From contig OZ024753.1 in NCBI GenBank assembly GCA_964016885.1, positions 10,168,001 through 10,232,000 on the forward strand: a DNA stretch of 64,000 nucleotides. Direction: 5' to 3'. The translations under genes were made by a program, and so were the position numbers. The stretch is from Eledone cirrhosa. Taxonomy: Eukaryota. The notes below the pieces were generated by a model that was not told the DNA's origin, did not search any database, and saw only the letters and a program-made list of their open reading frames with translations. Below are positions 1 through 63,071 of this stretch, piece by piece. Within the stretch, counting starts at the first letter, position 1. Each line of letters opens with the position of its first letter.

Positions 1-44
1 AGTACCAGCAATAACTGGAGGTCTAACCCTGCGATGGACTGGTG

Positions 45-313
45 CATTCATGTGTGCACGTGTATGTATATGCGCGGGTATATATATGTATATACATGTA
101 TGTATGTATATGTATATATGTATATTCATGTGTGCACGTGTATGTATATGCGCGGGTATATATATGTATATGCATGTATATATGTATATATGTATATTCA
201 TGTGTGCACGTGTATGTATATGCGCGGGTATATATATGTATATACATGTATGTATGTATATGTATATATGTATATTCATGTGTGCGCGTGTATGTATATG
301 CGCGGGTATATAT

Positions 314-345
<32 letters not shown>

Positions 346-1427
346 ATATGTATATTCATGTGTGCACGTGTATGTATATGCGCGGGTATATATATGTATA
401 TACATGTATGCATATGATTGTATATGTATATATGTATATTCATGTGTGCATGTGTATGTATATGCGCGGGTATATATATGTGTATACATGTATGTATATA
501 TATGTATATATGTATATTCATGTGTGCACGTGTATGTATATGCGCGGTTATATATATGTGTATACATGTCTGCATATGTATGTATATGTATATTCATGTG
601 TGCATGTGTATGTATATGCGCGGGTATATATATGTGTATACATGTATGTATATATATGTATATATGTATATTCATGTGTGCACGTGTATGTATATGCGCG
701 GTTATATATATGTGTATACATGTCTGCATATGTATGTATATGTATATATGTATATTCATGTGTGTATGTATATGTATATATGTATATTCATGTGTGTATG
801 TTTATGCGCTCGTATATATATGTATATACATGTATGTATATGTATATATGTATATTCATGTGTGCATGTGTATGCATATGCGCGGGTATATATATGTATA
901 TGCATGTATATATGTATATTCATGTGTGCATGTGTATGCATATGCACGGGTATATATATGTATGTATATATATATATATATGTATATTCATGTGTGCACG
1001 TGTATGTATATGCGCGGGTATATATATGTATATACATGTATGCATATGTATGTATATGTATATATGTATATTCATGTGTGCACGTGTATGTATATGCGCG
1101 GGTATATATATGTATATACATGTATGTATGTATATGTATATATGTATATTCATGTGCGCATGTGTATGTATATGCGCGGGTATATATATGTATATACATG
1201 TCTGCATATGTGTATATGTATATATTCATGTGCGAATGTGTATGTATATGCGCGGGTATATATATGTATATACATGTCTGCATATGTATGTATATGTGTA
1301 TATGTATATATTCATGTGTATGTATATGCGCGGGTATATATATGTATATACATGTATGCATATGTATATATATATATATATATGTGTATATACATGGGTG
1401 CATGTGTATGTATATGCGTGCGCGGGA
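45..1427. repeat. Complex minisatellite (unit about 70-95 bp, TATTCATGTGTGCACGTGTATGTATATGCGCGGGTATA...)
   Basis: Direct inspection; it produces the spurious ORFs at 23-1481. Confidence 0.92.
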
Positions 1428-2329
1428 CATAGAAATAGTCGAGCTGGACACCCGATCTCACGGTTAAACCACTGGGGGTGAAGGACCCTAGCCCTTGTCA
1501 GGGCATTCTTCTAGGAGAAGGCAACTCAGGAAACTGGGATAACTCCGATATAAAACCTGCGGCTCAGTAGTTACCCATGATGTTGATCTTTTCTTTTTTT
1601 CAGGTTATAGCTACTGTCGCCCAGAGAGTGGGATTGGCTCCGTGCACAGTCTTTCCTCACTTTAAAACAAAAAATCTTCACGCACAGGCATTGCACGATA
1701 GCATTTAGTCGGTCGCCATGCTTTGTAGCAAAGAGTTACGGCCCTTTATGATCTGAGTTCAAATCCCGCCGAGGTTAACTTTGCCTTTCATCCTTACGGG
1801 GTCGATAAAATAAAGTACCAGTAATACCCTGAGCTAATTGCTGGCCTTGTGCCAAAAGTAGAAACAATTAATTAATAATTATTAATAATGTTATATCGTG
1901 CAATGGCCATACTCGATAACGAGGGGGCAGCCATCTTGTATGTGTGTGTATATATGTATCTCTATATGTGTGTATAAGTATGTATTCCTGTATGTGTCAA
2001 TGCGGAAAAAAAGAAACTCAATTTATTTCCACTATTTTGTTTATTATAGAAAAAAAAAACAAAAAAAAACAACAAAACAACAAAAACAACCAAACATGTT
2101 TACAAATTTTTTTGTCATCGATTATTATTGATTTTAAAAATTCGATTTTTATATATATATAAAAGAAAGAAAGAAAGAAGGGAATAAAACGACAACAACA
2201 ACAATAACAAAACTGTTGAATCTAATGTGTGTGTGTATAGATACATGTGTATATATATATATATATGTATATATACATGTATATATACATGTATTTGTAA
2301 GTATACACAGAAAAAAATATTCATGATAT

Positions 2330-3380
2330 ACAAAGCATATACATGTATGTATATCATTGATATATGATATACATAAATGTATACTCGTATGTACATCATT
2401 GATGTATAATATACATGTATATACACGTATGTATATCATTGATATATGATGTATTCACATATATGCATGTATATCATTGATATACATACATATACGCGTA
2501 TGTATATCGTTGATATACACACATATACACGTATGTATATCATTGATATACACAAATACACGTATGTATATCATTGATATACACACACATATACGCGTAT
2601 GTATATCGTTGATATACACACATATACGCGTATGTATATCGCTGATATACACACATATACACGTATGTATATCATTGATATACACACCGATACACGTATG
2701 TATATCATTGATATACACACATATACAGGTATGTATATCATTGATATACATACGTGTATATGTGTGTATATCATTGATATACACACATATACAGGTATGT
2801 ATATCATTGATATACATACGTGTATATGTGTGTATATCATTGATATACACACATATACGCGTATGTATATCATTGATATACACACATATACGCGTATGTA
2901 TATCGTTGATATACACACATACGCGTATGTATATCGTTGATATACACATATACACCTATGTATATCATTGATATATGGTATATACACATATATACATGTA
3001 TATATATATATCAGCGATATATAAAATACACATATATACACGTATGTATATCATTGATATATAATATACACCTGTATATAACAGCGATATATAATATACA
3101 AATAAATACACGTATGTATATCAGCGATATATAATATACAAATATACACAGGTATGTATATCATTTATATATAATATACACCGATGAATATCATTGATAT
3201 ATAATATATACATGTGTATATCATCGATATATAATATACACATATATACACGTATGTATATCAGCGATATATAATATACAAATATACACAGGTATGTATA
3301 TCATTTATATATAATATACACCGATGAATATCATTGATATATAATATACAGATATATAATATACATGTATGTATATCATT
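2330..3380. repeat. Minisatellite, about 35-bp unit (TATCATTGATATACACACATATACGCGTATGTA)
   Basis: Direct inspection. Confidence 0.9.
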
Positions 3381-3592
3381 GAAATATGATTGTACATGCA
3401 CGACATTCAGTCTTTCTAGTTCAATATATACAAATTAAAAACACATTTTGTTAAATATTTTATCGTCTGCTTCACAAATCTGTGTTACTATTTCATTTGA
3501 TATTTTATGAAAATTCTTTTTATTGGTAATTTTGAAACGCAAAATGAACTGTAATGAAGAAGAAGCAGCAATGGTGGATTTAATCCCGTGTA

Positions 3593-3840
3593 CAGGTAAA
3601 ATTCCGTTATAACAAATACCATTATAACGAATTTTTCAGTATAACGAATTTTTTTTTCAATCCCGGCCACAAATTCGATGGTTTAGGTCGATTTCATTAT
3701 AAAGAATTTTTCGTTACAACGAATTTTGTTCATACCCCGGCCACACGTTCGCTGTCTTAGGTCGATCTCGTTATAAAGAATTTTTCATTCCAACGAATTT
3801 TTTTAATACCCCGTGAATTTCGTTATAACGGAACCTCACG
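3593..3840. mobile_element. pogo/Tigger-like MITE
   Basis: TA|CAGG..TTCCGTTATAAC ... GTTATAACGGAA terminal inverted repeats, with internal repeats of the TIR motif. Confidence 0.5.
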
Positions 3841-3858
3841 ATATATATATATATATAA

Positions 3859-4055
3859 AACGAAAGAGTTGTGGTAAGGAACCAGATGGACCATAACGCA
3901 CCCGAGTACTCAATACTTAGGGTAGTAGAGTGGGTAATAGGAGAAAGTATGACCCCGACGGCAGAGCTCAAGTCGTTTCGACGGCTATTTCTGCACTTTA
4001 GTCCAGAAATAGCCGTCGAAACGTCTTGAGCTCTGCCGTCGGGGTCATACTTTCT

Positions 4056-4060
<5 letters not shown>
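3859..4060 (-). mobile_element. (TA)n-embedded fold-back element, family B (Penelope-like pLTR/retrozyme-type)
   Basis: Inverted arms of about 55 bp plus a unique tail of about 80 bp, between (TA)n tracts; 8 copies in the window. Confidence 0.7.
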
Positions 4061-4106
<46 letters not shown>

Positions 4107-4545
4107 TTCATATTATATAATGTTTTTTTTAACAATGATAACAAAGGCGAGTTATTTTACATATCCTATTCATTGTTTTACGATCGTTTCGGAGGGTTGA
4201 TCATATCGATATATTGACTGATCTGCAGCAGTTATAGGACTGTATACTATCAGACATAATATATGGGTTCGAACCTACCGTCTTCTTCGGAAACAAAGAA
4301 GTTAGAATCTTTGTTAGAATCTATGAGTTCTAACTACGTTATAGACCCTACCACGAAAGGTTGACCACATTGAATTATATATATATATTAACACTAACTA
4401 TATATACTACTTAACACTGACTACGTCTGAGGTGTATATATATATATATATACACTACTTAACAATGATCAATCTCCACTATATATACTTACATACAAAC
4501 ATACACACGCACACACACACACACACACATATATATATAATATAT

Positions 4546-4699
4546 ATTCATTCAGGAGAAATCATCAGGAAGCCCTGATGATTTCTCCCGAATGAAACAG
4601 TTCTAGTCCTGTAGAAGCCATTTCTCTATTAAATATTTATACTCTGCTATGTATTGAGTACCTTACTTACTGTGGTTACCCCCGATTGAACCCAGGAGA

Positions 4700-4702
<3 letters not shown>
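4546..4702 (+). mobile_element. Hammerhead-bearing element, family A, with short 5' inversion
   Basis: CTGATGA...GAAAC core, tail GTATTGAGTACCTTACTTACTGTGGTTA, then (TA)n. Copies at 10481-10657, 20808-21010 (-) and 42805-42951. Confidence 0.7.
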
Positions 4703-4774
<72 letters not shown>

Positions 4775-5269
4775 GACTGACTATTGCCCATGTCTTGCGT
4801 ATATATACAGTTTACTATTGCTCATTGTAAATATATTTTTATTGTTTAGTTAAAATGGAGGTCAGCAGAGTCCTTGATCTTTAAGTTTTTTTTTGCAGCT
4901 AATGTGAATGTGGTTGGAAGGGAGAGAAAGTTTCCTCAAAACGGAGACTACGTCTGAATGTTTGTAAACAAATGTAACTCTAGCGATGTTAAAGCAGATA
5001 ATGGATTAAGTCTAGCACCTAAATAAGGTATTTAGTTCTTTTCATTTTCAGTTCAAATCCCACTGAGATCAACTTTGTCTTTCACCATTCCAGAGTCGAT
5101 AAAATAAAGTACCAGTCAAGTACTGGGGTCAATATAATTATCTGATCCCTTCCCCTGATTCTATGTCCTTGTGTCTAAGTAATTATTAGTATTATGACAA
5201 TAAAGAGTAGAATGGGTACTTGAGTACTCTGCCACCCATGGGCCTCCTAGTGATAATAATAAACATAAC

Positions 5270-5456
5270 AGTACCAGGAACTGAAGAGAGAAATCAGGAA
5301 ACTATGGAGACTCAGATACATAGAAGTGGTACTGATTGTGGTTGGTGAACTGGGAGCAGTTAGTAGAAGGTTGGATGGAAGGCTTGAGAATCTAGGAATT
5401 ACCATCAGGAGGGGATTGTTGCAGAAAACAGCCTTGTTAGGAACAGCAACGATTTT
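5270..5456 (+). mobile_element. Dong/R4-type non-LTR retrotransposon, C-terminal endonuclease fragment
   Basis: Translates QYQELKREIRKLWRLRYIEVVLIVVGELGAV...LLQKTALLGTATIL, matching the C-terminal pattern of R4/Dong restriction-like endonucleases. Confidence 0.72.
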
Positions 5457-6147
5457 AAACCTTTAGCATTCACATTACTCTATATAAACTATTGTATTTT
5501 CATGGTAAAGGCTTTATCTTACATAATTATCTCACATAGCATTGACATTACTCTATATAAACTATTGTATTTTCATGGTAAAGGCTTTATCTTACATAAT
5601 TATTTCACATAATATTGAATCTTTGAGATTTTGATGTTATTTATTTTGAAAACAATACCTTAACATCAGTATGAGTGGCCAGTTACTGCCGGTTTGAACA
5701 GAAAGAGGTGGGATAATTCTGGCCGGATATGGCCAGTTTAAATGATGGTGGAGGTGGTGGTGGGGTGGTGCATAACATAAGAATAATAGTTTCTGATTTC
5801 GGTGCAAGGCCAACAATTTTGTTGGAGTGGAGAGGAAAAAGTCGATTAAATCGACCCCAGTGCCTTACTGGTACTTTATTTTATCAACCCCGTAAGGATG
5901 AAAGGCAGAGCTAACCTTGGCGGGATTTGAACTCAGAATGTAAAGGGACGTAACTATACGCTGAAAAGCATATTATCGGAAGCTCTATCGATACTGCCAA
6001 TCTAATAATCAATAGTTTTGAGAAGAGGGACGGAGGTTTTCAATAATGATTAAGTATCGATATATTTCATGGAATAATAGTTGATAGTCTGAAGGAGATA
6101 GAAGGACGGAGTGTGGCCTGATGATGTACCATTGATACACTATATAG

Positions 6148-6492
6148 CAGAGGTCCCCAACCCCCGGGCCGCGGATCAGTACCAGACAGTGGATCATTTG
6201 CTAACTTGTTTCAGATTATATAATAGAAAAATTGAATATTGGACTTTAATTTAAAAGATTTGCTTAAATATTCAACATTCCTATACTCAATATACTTTTA
6301 CTTCTCTTTAATAAATTGTTCTTTTTATTATTTCTCTCTTAATGGGTGGCGTGTTGGTGTAATGGTAACGTATTGGTCCGGAAAACCAAATAAAGAAAGC
6401 ATTATTTCTCTCTATTGAAATTCATACAGGTTCGCGGAGAGATTGTCCGGCATGAAGCCAGTCCGTGGTATAAACATGGCTGGAGACCACTG
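6148..6492. mobile_element. hAT/Charlie-like MITE
   Basis: CAGAGGTCCCCAACC ... GGCTGGAGACCACTG termini. Confidence 0.62.
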
Positions 6493-6640
6493 TACTATAG
6501 TGATAATAGCTTAATGAGGGAGGGGGGAGGGACGGACTGTAGTCTTGATGACTTATCATTGATACTCTACAGTGATAATAGCTAGTAAAGTGGAAGGGAC
6601 AGACTGTGGCTCTGATTATTTACCGTTGATATTACATAGA

Positions 6641-6985
6641 CACAAATTAAGAGGCGATAGGGATGAAAATAAATCATCATGTTTTTGACGAATTTGGACC
6701 CTTCAAGGCTATGCAACGGGTCTCAATTGGTTGTGAAAAATATGTTTCCACACATGATTCAAGCCACCATTTCAACAAGATGTGGTAGGGGAGAGGATGT
6801 GTTCATTCCAAGAATTCCTCTTATCCCCACTGATGTCCCATTTCAATTCAAACGATTTCAATTTCCAGCGAGTCTTAGTTTTGCCATGACCATCAACAAA
6901 TCACAAGGACAAACATGTTTGGTTGCCGGATTACACCTTGAAGAGCCCTGCTTCACCCATGGTCAGCTTTACGTTGGATGTCCTT
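6641..6985 (+). mobile_element. Helitron PIF1-like helicase C-terminal fragment
   Basis: NLDPSRLCNGSQL...VFIPRIPLIPTDVPFQFKRFQFP..LSFAMTINKSQGQT...PCFTHGQLYVGC are the helicase motifs typical of Helitron RepHel; truncated at both ends. Confidence 0.88.
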
Positions 6986-7569
6986 ATCAAGGGACTATGC
7001 TTCAGACAAGCATATGTGTGTGTGTATATATATATTGGGCACACACACATACACATGTGTATATATATTGGGCATACACACATACACATGTGTATATATA
7101 TTGGGCACACACATACACGTATATATATACACACACACATATGTGTATATGTATATTGGGTATACACACAGAGACTCACTCACTCACACACACACGCACA
7201 CAAGCATATGTGTGTATATTGGGCATTCACACACACAGATGCATAAACGTGTGTATATATATATATTGTGTATAAACACACGTGTATATATATATTGGGC
7301 ATACACGTGTATATATTGGGTATACACAATTATACATAATTTCTACTATAGGCACAAGGCCAATTTTTTTTGCGGGGAGGGGAAAGTCGATTAACTCGAC
7401 CCCAGTACATTACTGGTACTTTATTTTATCGACCCCGTAAGGATGAAAGACAAAGTTAACCTTGGCGGGATTTGAACTCTTGTAAATCTATACTACGAAG
7501 CATGATGTCCGACGCTCTACCGATTCTGCTAACATCCGCCCTGGGACATCTCTCTCAATCTCTCTCTCT

Positions 7570-8230
7570 CTTGTGACGCTTAACTCCGCCAGTTGCAGAC
7601 TGGGCATCAACATGAGATATTTTTCTCCACAAAGTTCGATCACCAACAGCAGAGTTTATAGAGCAAAGATCAAGTCCAGTCCATAAGTTGACATTATCAA
7701 GCCATCGTTTTGGCTGCCGACCTCTGCTTCTCTTACCAGCCAATCTTCCTTCCAGGAATATATAATACCTTTCGATCACCAACAGCAGAGTTGAAAGAGT
7801 AAAGATCAAGTCCAGTTCATAAGTTGACATTATCAAGCCATCGTTTTGGCTGCCGGCCTCTGCTTCTCCTACCAGCCAACCTTCCTTCCAGGAATATATA
7901 ATACCTTTCGATCACCAACAGCAGATATTCAAGAGCAAAGGTCAAGTCCAGTCCATAAGTTGACATTATCAAGCCATCGTTTTGGCTGCCGACCTCTGCT
8001 TCTCTTACCAGCCAACCTTCCTTCCAGGCATAACCTACTCACACCATGAGTTGATCTTTTTATATGACCGTATAGTTTGAGTACTCTTGACTTGACAATT
8101 GATGCAATTGGTCTAAGTCTGGTAATGTTGAACAGGTCACTGATACACATACAGTCGCTGAGCCGCTTGCTCGTCATAAGTCTCATGATGTGGTTCTGCT
8201 TCTCTCACCAGCCAACCTTCCTTCCAGCCA
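7570..8230 (-). mobile_element. RTE-clade LINE 3' fragment with internal duplications
   Basis: IVKSRVLKLYGHIKR...LEGRLAGKRSRGRQPKRWLDNV...DRTLWR; a segment of about 133 bp is repeated 3 times. Confidence 0.82.
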
Positions 8231-8622
8231 TAACCGGCTCAACAGCAGAAAAAAAGTCTCCACCACCGACACCACCACCACCACCTCCACCACCACCACC
8301 ACCTCCAACACCACCACCACCTCCACCACATACTAAGACTTAACCTATTCGCACCACATACAATACTAAGTATGATCATTACTTGAGAATGAGCTACAAA
8401 TCCTCGTTGATGATTTGTAGCTGTTGGCTCAACTGTTATATAAACGTCTATATCTCAGTTAAATACAATACAGGATCAACAGTTGTTACGCTCGTGATCT
8501 CTAGAGAACAACAGAGAAGCAACAAAAAATATATATATTGAATATTGATTGATTGCCTGTGTAAAATACACACACACACACACACGCACATACACATATA
8601 TACACTCATACACACACACACA

Positions 8623-8680
<58 letters not shown>

Positions 8681-8775
8681 TGTAATTAAATGAGGTATGC
8701 ATTATTTTTTTCATTATCACACAATACTTTCTTCTTTACTCTGTCACGCAAACATGCTCGTGTGTCCAGACGAGA

Positions 8776-8816
<41 letters not shown>

Positions 8817-8844
8817 GTACACACACGCGCATATAATAAATGTA

Positions 8845-9354
8845 CGGATGGGTGCTACACGAGAATGCTGAGGATGGCTCTGAACATTAATAAGTATATT
8901 GGCAGTATCGGTAGAGGGTCGGACGCCATGCTTTCCAGTATAGTTACGTCCCTTTACGATCTGAGTTCAAATCCCGCCGAGGTTGACTTTGCCTTTCATC
9001 CTTACGGGGTCGATAAAATAAAGTACCAGTAATGCACTGGGTAATTGCTGGCCTTGTGCCTAAAGTAGAAACAAGTATATACTGAGGATGAAAAACTTAG
9101 AGCTGTATGGGAGCCTCCCAAAAGTCAGCTCAAAAGTGACACAGAATAGACTGAGGTTAGTTGGACATGCTCACCGACATCCAGAGTTGACATTGCACTC
9201 AGTGCTCCTGTCGGAGCCCCTACATGGACACACTGGAAGAGGAAGACCAAGGTTAACGTATGTTGATGCCCTAAGGACAGACACTGGTCTGTTGGAGACG
9301 CAGGGCATGGCAGCGATAATGAGGGACAGAGACCGCTGGAGAACTCGTCCATAG
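8845..9354 (+). mobile_element. RTE-like LINE 3' fragment interrupted by a SINE
   Basis: DGCYTRMLRMALNI / ELYGSLPKVS...[13 protein letters not shown]...[11 protein letters not shown]...MRDRDRWR; the SINE at 8900-9072 is flanked by an AAGTATAT duplication. Confidence 0.8.
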
Positions 9355-9451
9355 ATCTCGGGAATTTTACCCGCCCTTGAATATATATATATAATTATAT
9401 ATGTATATATATACATATATATATGTATGTATATATATATATTTATATATG

Positions 9452-9498
<47 letters not shown>

Positions 9499-9512
9499 AT
9501 GCGTACACACAC

Positions 9513-9573
<61 letters not shown>

Positions 9574-10098
9574 TACATATATGCATCTATATTTACATAT
9601 ATATTTACATATATATGCATACATATATACACATATATATATTTACATATATATATGCATACATATATACACACATATATATACACATATATATATTTAC
9701 ATATACATACATACATATATACACAGATGTATACACACACACATACATACATAAGCAATATATATAAACATAGGCTATATATGAACACTATACAAATAAT
9801 AGACTATCAACGTTTGTAATATGGCAACAGTTTTAAGAATTGAAATCTAATTCCATCCAAGACCACCCCTACATTTCCTCTTTCCATGGTTAGTTTAAAT
9901 AAAATTTAAAAAAATGCTAAACACTAGTATCTGACTATGAACTGGGTTAGCGATATAATCGCTAATCATTTGAATGCGAGGCCCCAGCATGGCCGCAGTT
10001 TAACCCTTTAGCATTTAAATTACTCTATATTACAATAATATTTTCACAGTAAATGCTTTAATATATATATATATTATATATATTATATATATATATAT

Positions 10099-10247
10099 AT
10101 TATTTCTGAAGACGGCGTATATATGTGTTTGGTATGTATATTTAATCTTGATAATTTGTATAATTTTGTATAATTTTGTACATAGATCTGTTGAATATGC
10201 ATACCAATTCTAACACATATATATCCTAGAAACGATCGTTAAATAAT
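10099..10247 (+). ncRNA. Hammerhead motif with a stem II insertion of more than 100 nt (GAAACGATCGT family)
   Basis: ATTATTT-CTGAAGA-[long imperfect hairpin]-GAAAC GATC GTT|AAATAAT. Related copies at 30001-30134 (-), 4171-4298 (-) and 63336-63459 (+). Confidence 0.62.
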
Positions 10248-10770
10248 GAACTTTTTTTGTTTAATATAAGGAATTGTTTATTCATTATTTGTTTAATATT
10301 TTATCTTGACTCTGTATACCGTTTATCTTTCACCGAAAGTGGTTTTTCATTACATCTCTTCTTTCCATGATATCCGTAATACATTGAGTTCTTCATACGG
10401 ATTGGACACTACCGTAAACTCTTGGTAGATTTATCTACATATATATATATATACATACATATATATATATATATATATATTTTAGAGAAGGAGCTTCTAC
10501 AGGACTAGTACTGTCTCATTCAGATGAAATCTTCAGGAGAAGATGAGACAGTACTAGTCCTGTAGAAGCTCCTTCTATAAAATAAAAATTTTTACTCTGC
10601 CATGTATTGAGTACCTTACTTACTGTGGTTATCCCCGACTCAACCCGGGACCTACGTATATATATATGTGTGTGTGTGTGTGTGTCTGATGGTAGCTAAA
10701 ATGCTTCCATAGGCGGTATGCCGGTTGAGCACTCTATGCTCTTACAGAGCAGAGTATGATATAATATATA

Positions 10771-10939
10771 CCGTATTTCCCGGCGTGGAAGACGCTACTT
10801 TGTTCCTAAAATAAGTCTCAAAAGTCTACCATACGTCCTGGAGGCCGAAGGTTGTTTGTTTTTTTTATTTCAAATATTTGGTTGTCAAAATTAGGGTGCG
10901 TCCTCGAGGACGAAGCGTGTTCGGCGCCGGGAAATACGG
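10771..10939. mobile_element. Tc1/mariner-type MITE
   Basis: TA|CCGTATTTCCCGGCG ... CGCCGGGAAATACGG|TA; truncated inverted copy at 40370-40520. Confidence 0.72.
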
Positions 10940-11841
10940 TAATTATCTCACATAATATTAAATCTACGAGATTTTGATATTATTTATTTTGAGAACGATA
11001 CCGAAACGTCAGTATCAGGGGCCAGTTACGGCCGGTTTGAACAGAAAGAGGTGAGGGAATTCTGGCCGGATATGGCCGGTTTAAATGCTAAAGGTGTAAC
11101 CACTGAAAAATAAAATCATATACACACAAATATATAAGCAATATAAATGCAAGTAGAAGAGGAGGCTAGGCCTGTTGTACATTGAAGTTATTGCTTATAT
11201 ACTTACCACCAAGTTGTAGTACAATATCCACTTGTTGAAATGCTGAATTTATCATGCATTTCAAATCCTGCAAGGTGTTGTCTTGTCTTGTTATATATTG
11301 TCAGCAATAATATGATATTGAATCCTCCTTAATTATCTTATTTCATTGCATCATTGTCTTTCACAACCGACGTTCTCTTCGTTTTTGTCCCTCCTTCTTT
11401 CTAATTTCTCACCGTTTCTTTTTGCCAAATATCAAATTGAACTTCGATCTATTATAGTGATATTAACTATATAACAAGTTGGATACATACGATATATTCT
11501 CAATCTTACACATACACATTTATATATACACCAACGTATACATCAACTGTACATCATTGCGGCCAGCGAACCCGTTTCACTTCCTTACACACACACACAC
11601 ACACGCATGCGCACACACAGTGTACACTCAAACACACACGCAGTGTACACTCAAACACACACACAGACACAGTGTACACTCAAACACACACACACACACA
11701 TAAGTTAACGAGATATCGTTTAAAGTAATCCAAGTAGCATCTTACGAGCATCGATTGTTCGACACACCGGACTAATGAAACAATTGTTAATACTTCGAAT
11801 AAACCCTTTTGTACAGCCGACCACGTAATTCTTCACTCTTT

Positions 11842-11880
<39 letters not shown>

Positions 11881-11929
11881 TATTATATATAAATTAAAAT
11901 GTTCCCTTATAATCAAATAAGCTCAAGGA

Positions 11930-11970
<41 letters not shown>

Positions 11971-12186
11971 AACTCACCCAACCCCTCTCTCTCTCACACA
12001 CACATACACACACATACACACGCATGCATACATACACATATAATGCGTTTGCAGAGTTGTCTTTATAAAGTACATGAGGCACCTCAAATAATCCTTAATG
12101 TGCATTTAAAAAAAAAAAAAAAACCCCAACCCCAACAAACCCCCTCAAACACCCACCCCTGATAGTTTTCTACCATGTTTAATTAA

Positions 12187-62063
<49,877 letters not shown>

Positions 62064-62607
62064 CTGCAACAAAGACAAAATAAAAAGGAACGATGAAATA
62101 CTAAAAACATAGCTACTTGTTGGAAGAAAATAAACAACTTTTTAAATAATTAAAGAATAAACAGAGCTTATGAGAGCTAATCACTGGGATAAACGTTTGT
62201 TAGAACGAAACAAAAAACAACAGAAAACAAAAATAACCAAACAAATATATTGAACAAACTAAGGATAAAAAAGGCTACACATGCTTCGAAGACAGATAAA
62301 TTCTTTTATCTATTCTAGCCACTGGACTGTGGCAATGCTGGGCCACCGTCTTCAAGAGTATAGTCAATTTATAGTACCTATATTATCGAAAATGTATTAT
62401 CTACACACACACACGCGTACACACGCACACACGCACACACGCACACACACACACACACACATATATTGAACGAACTAGACGTATGTCAATATTGTCTGGG
62501 ATCCTGAAACCTTTGGTAATGGAGTAGTTATATTTTGGGTTCTAATTAAATAGCTCTGTATTAAACATAGAGCACTCTTTTTTCCTTTGCTTTTTCTTCG
62601 GAAATAC

Positions 62608-62664
<57 letters not shown>

Positions 62665-63071
62665 TAATAATAATAAATTTGAAGACTAAAATCCAAAGAG
62701 GGCTCGATAAGGATAAATATATATCAAATATATAAGAACCGTAGAGCAAATGTTTATTAAAATAACAGATTAAAGTTTAAGCAAAGAATCGCTGCTTTCA
62801 CCCTTAACGGGATCTTCTGAAACTAACAAAGTCAATCTGTAAACGCAGAAGTGAATATTTCAAAAAACGTTGCAACCGGAGGAAGACAGTAAGACGATAT
62901 CAGGAGTTTTAGGTATGTTTTCCTGCTTGGTACGGGTATGTTCTCCGGTTGCAACGTTTTTTGAAATATCCACTTCTGTGTTTACAGATTGACTTTGTTA
63001 GTTTCAGAAGATCCCGTTAAGGGTGAAAGCAGCGATTCTTTGCTTAAACTTTAATCTGTTATTTTAATAAA
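62665..63071 (-). mobile_element. Hammerhead-bearing fold-back element (arms about 125 bp)
   Basis: 62753-62880 is inverted at 62943-63071 around a spacer of about 60 nt; related fragments at 24718-24777 and 41080-41258. Confidence 0.65.
63001..63050 (+). ncRNA. Variant hammerhead motif (CAGAAGA core; mirror copy at about 62773-62822 on minus)
   Basis: GTTT-CAGAAGA-T CCC GTTAA GGG T-GAAA GCAG CGATTCT TTGC TT|AAAC; the core has A at the U4 position. Confidence 0.5.

Larger units (their letters stand above)
10004..11096. mobile_element. TTAA-flanked (piggyBac-like) MITE carrying nested insertions
   Basis: TTAA|CCCTTTAGCATTTAAA ... TTTAAATGCTAAAGG termini; other copies at 5457-5745, 60287-61686 and 61687-61870. 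Confidence 0.65.

Noticed and set aside
23-1481. Overlapping 350-480 aa ORFs (YVCIM-rich)
   Set aside because: Translation of a purine-pyrimidine alternating minisatellite that lacks stop codons; open in many frames.
6679-7275. Host PIF1 helicase gene
   Set aside because: Only about 100 aa of C-terminal motifs in Helitron style, running into microsatellite; a transposon relic.
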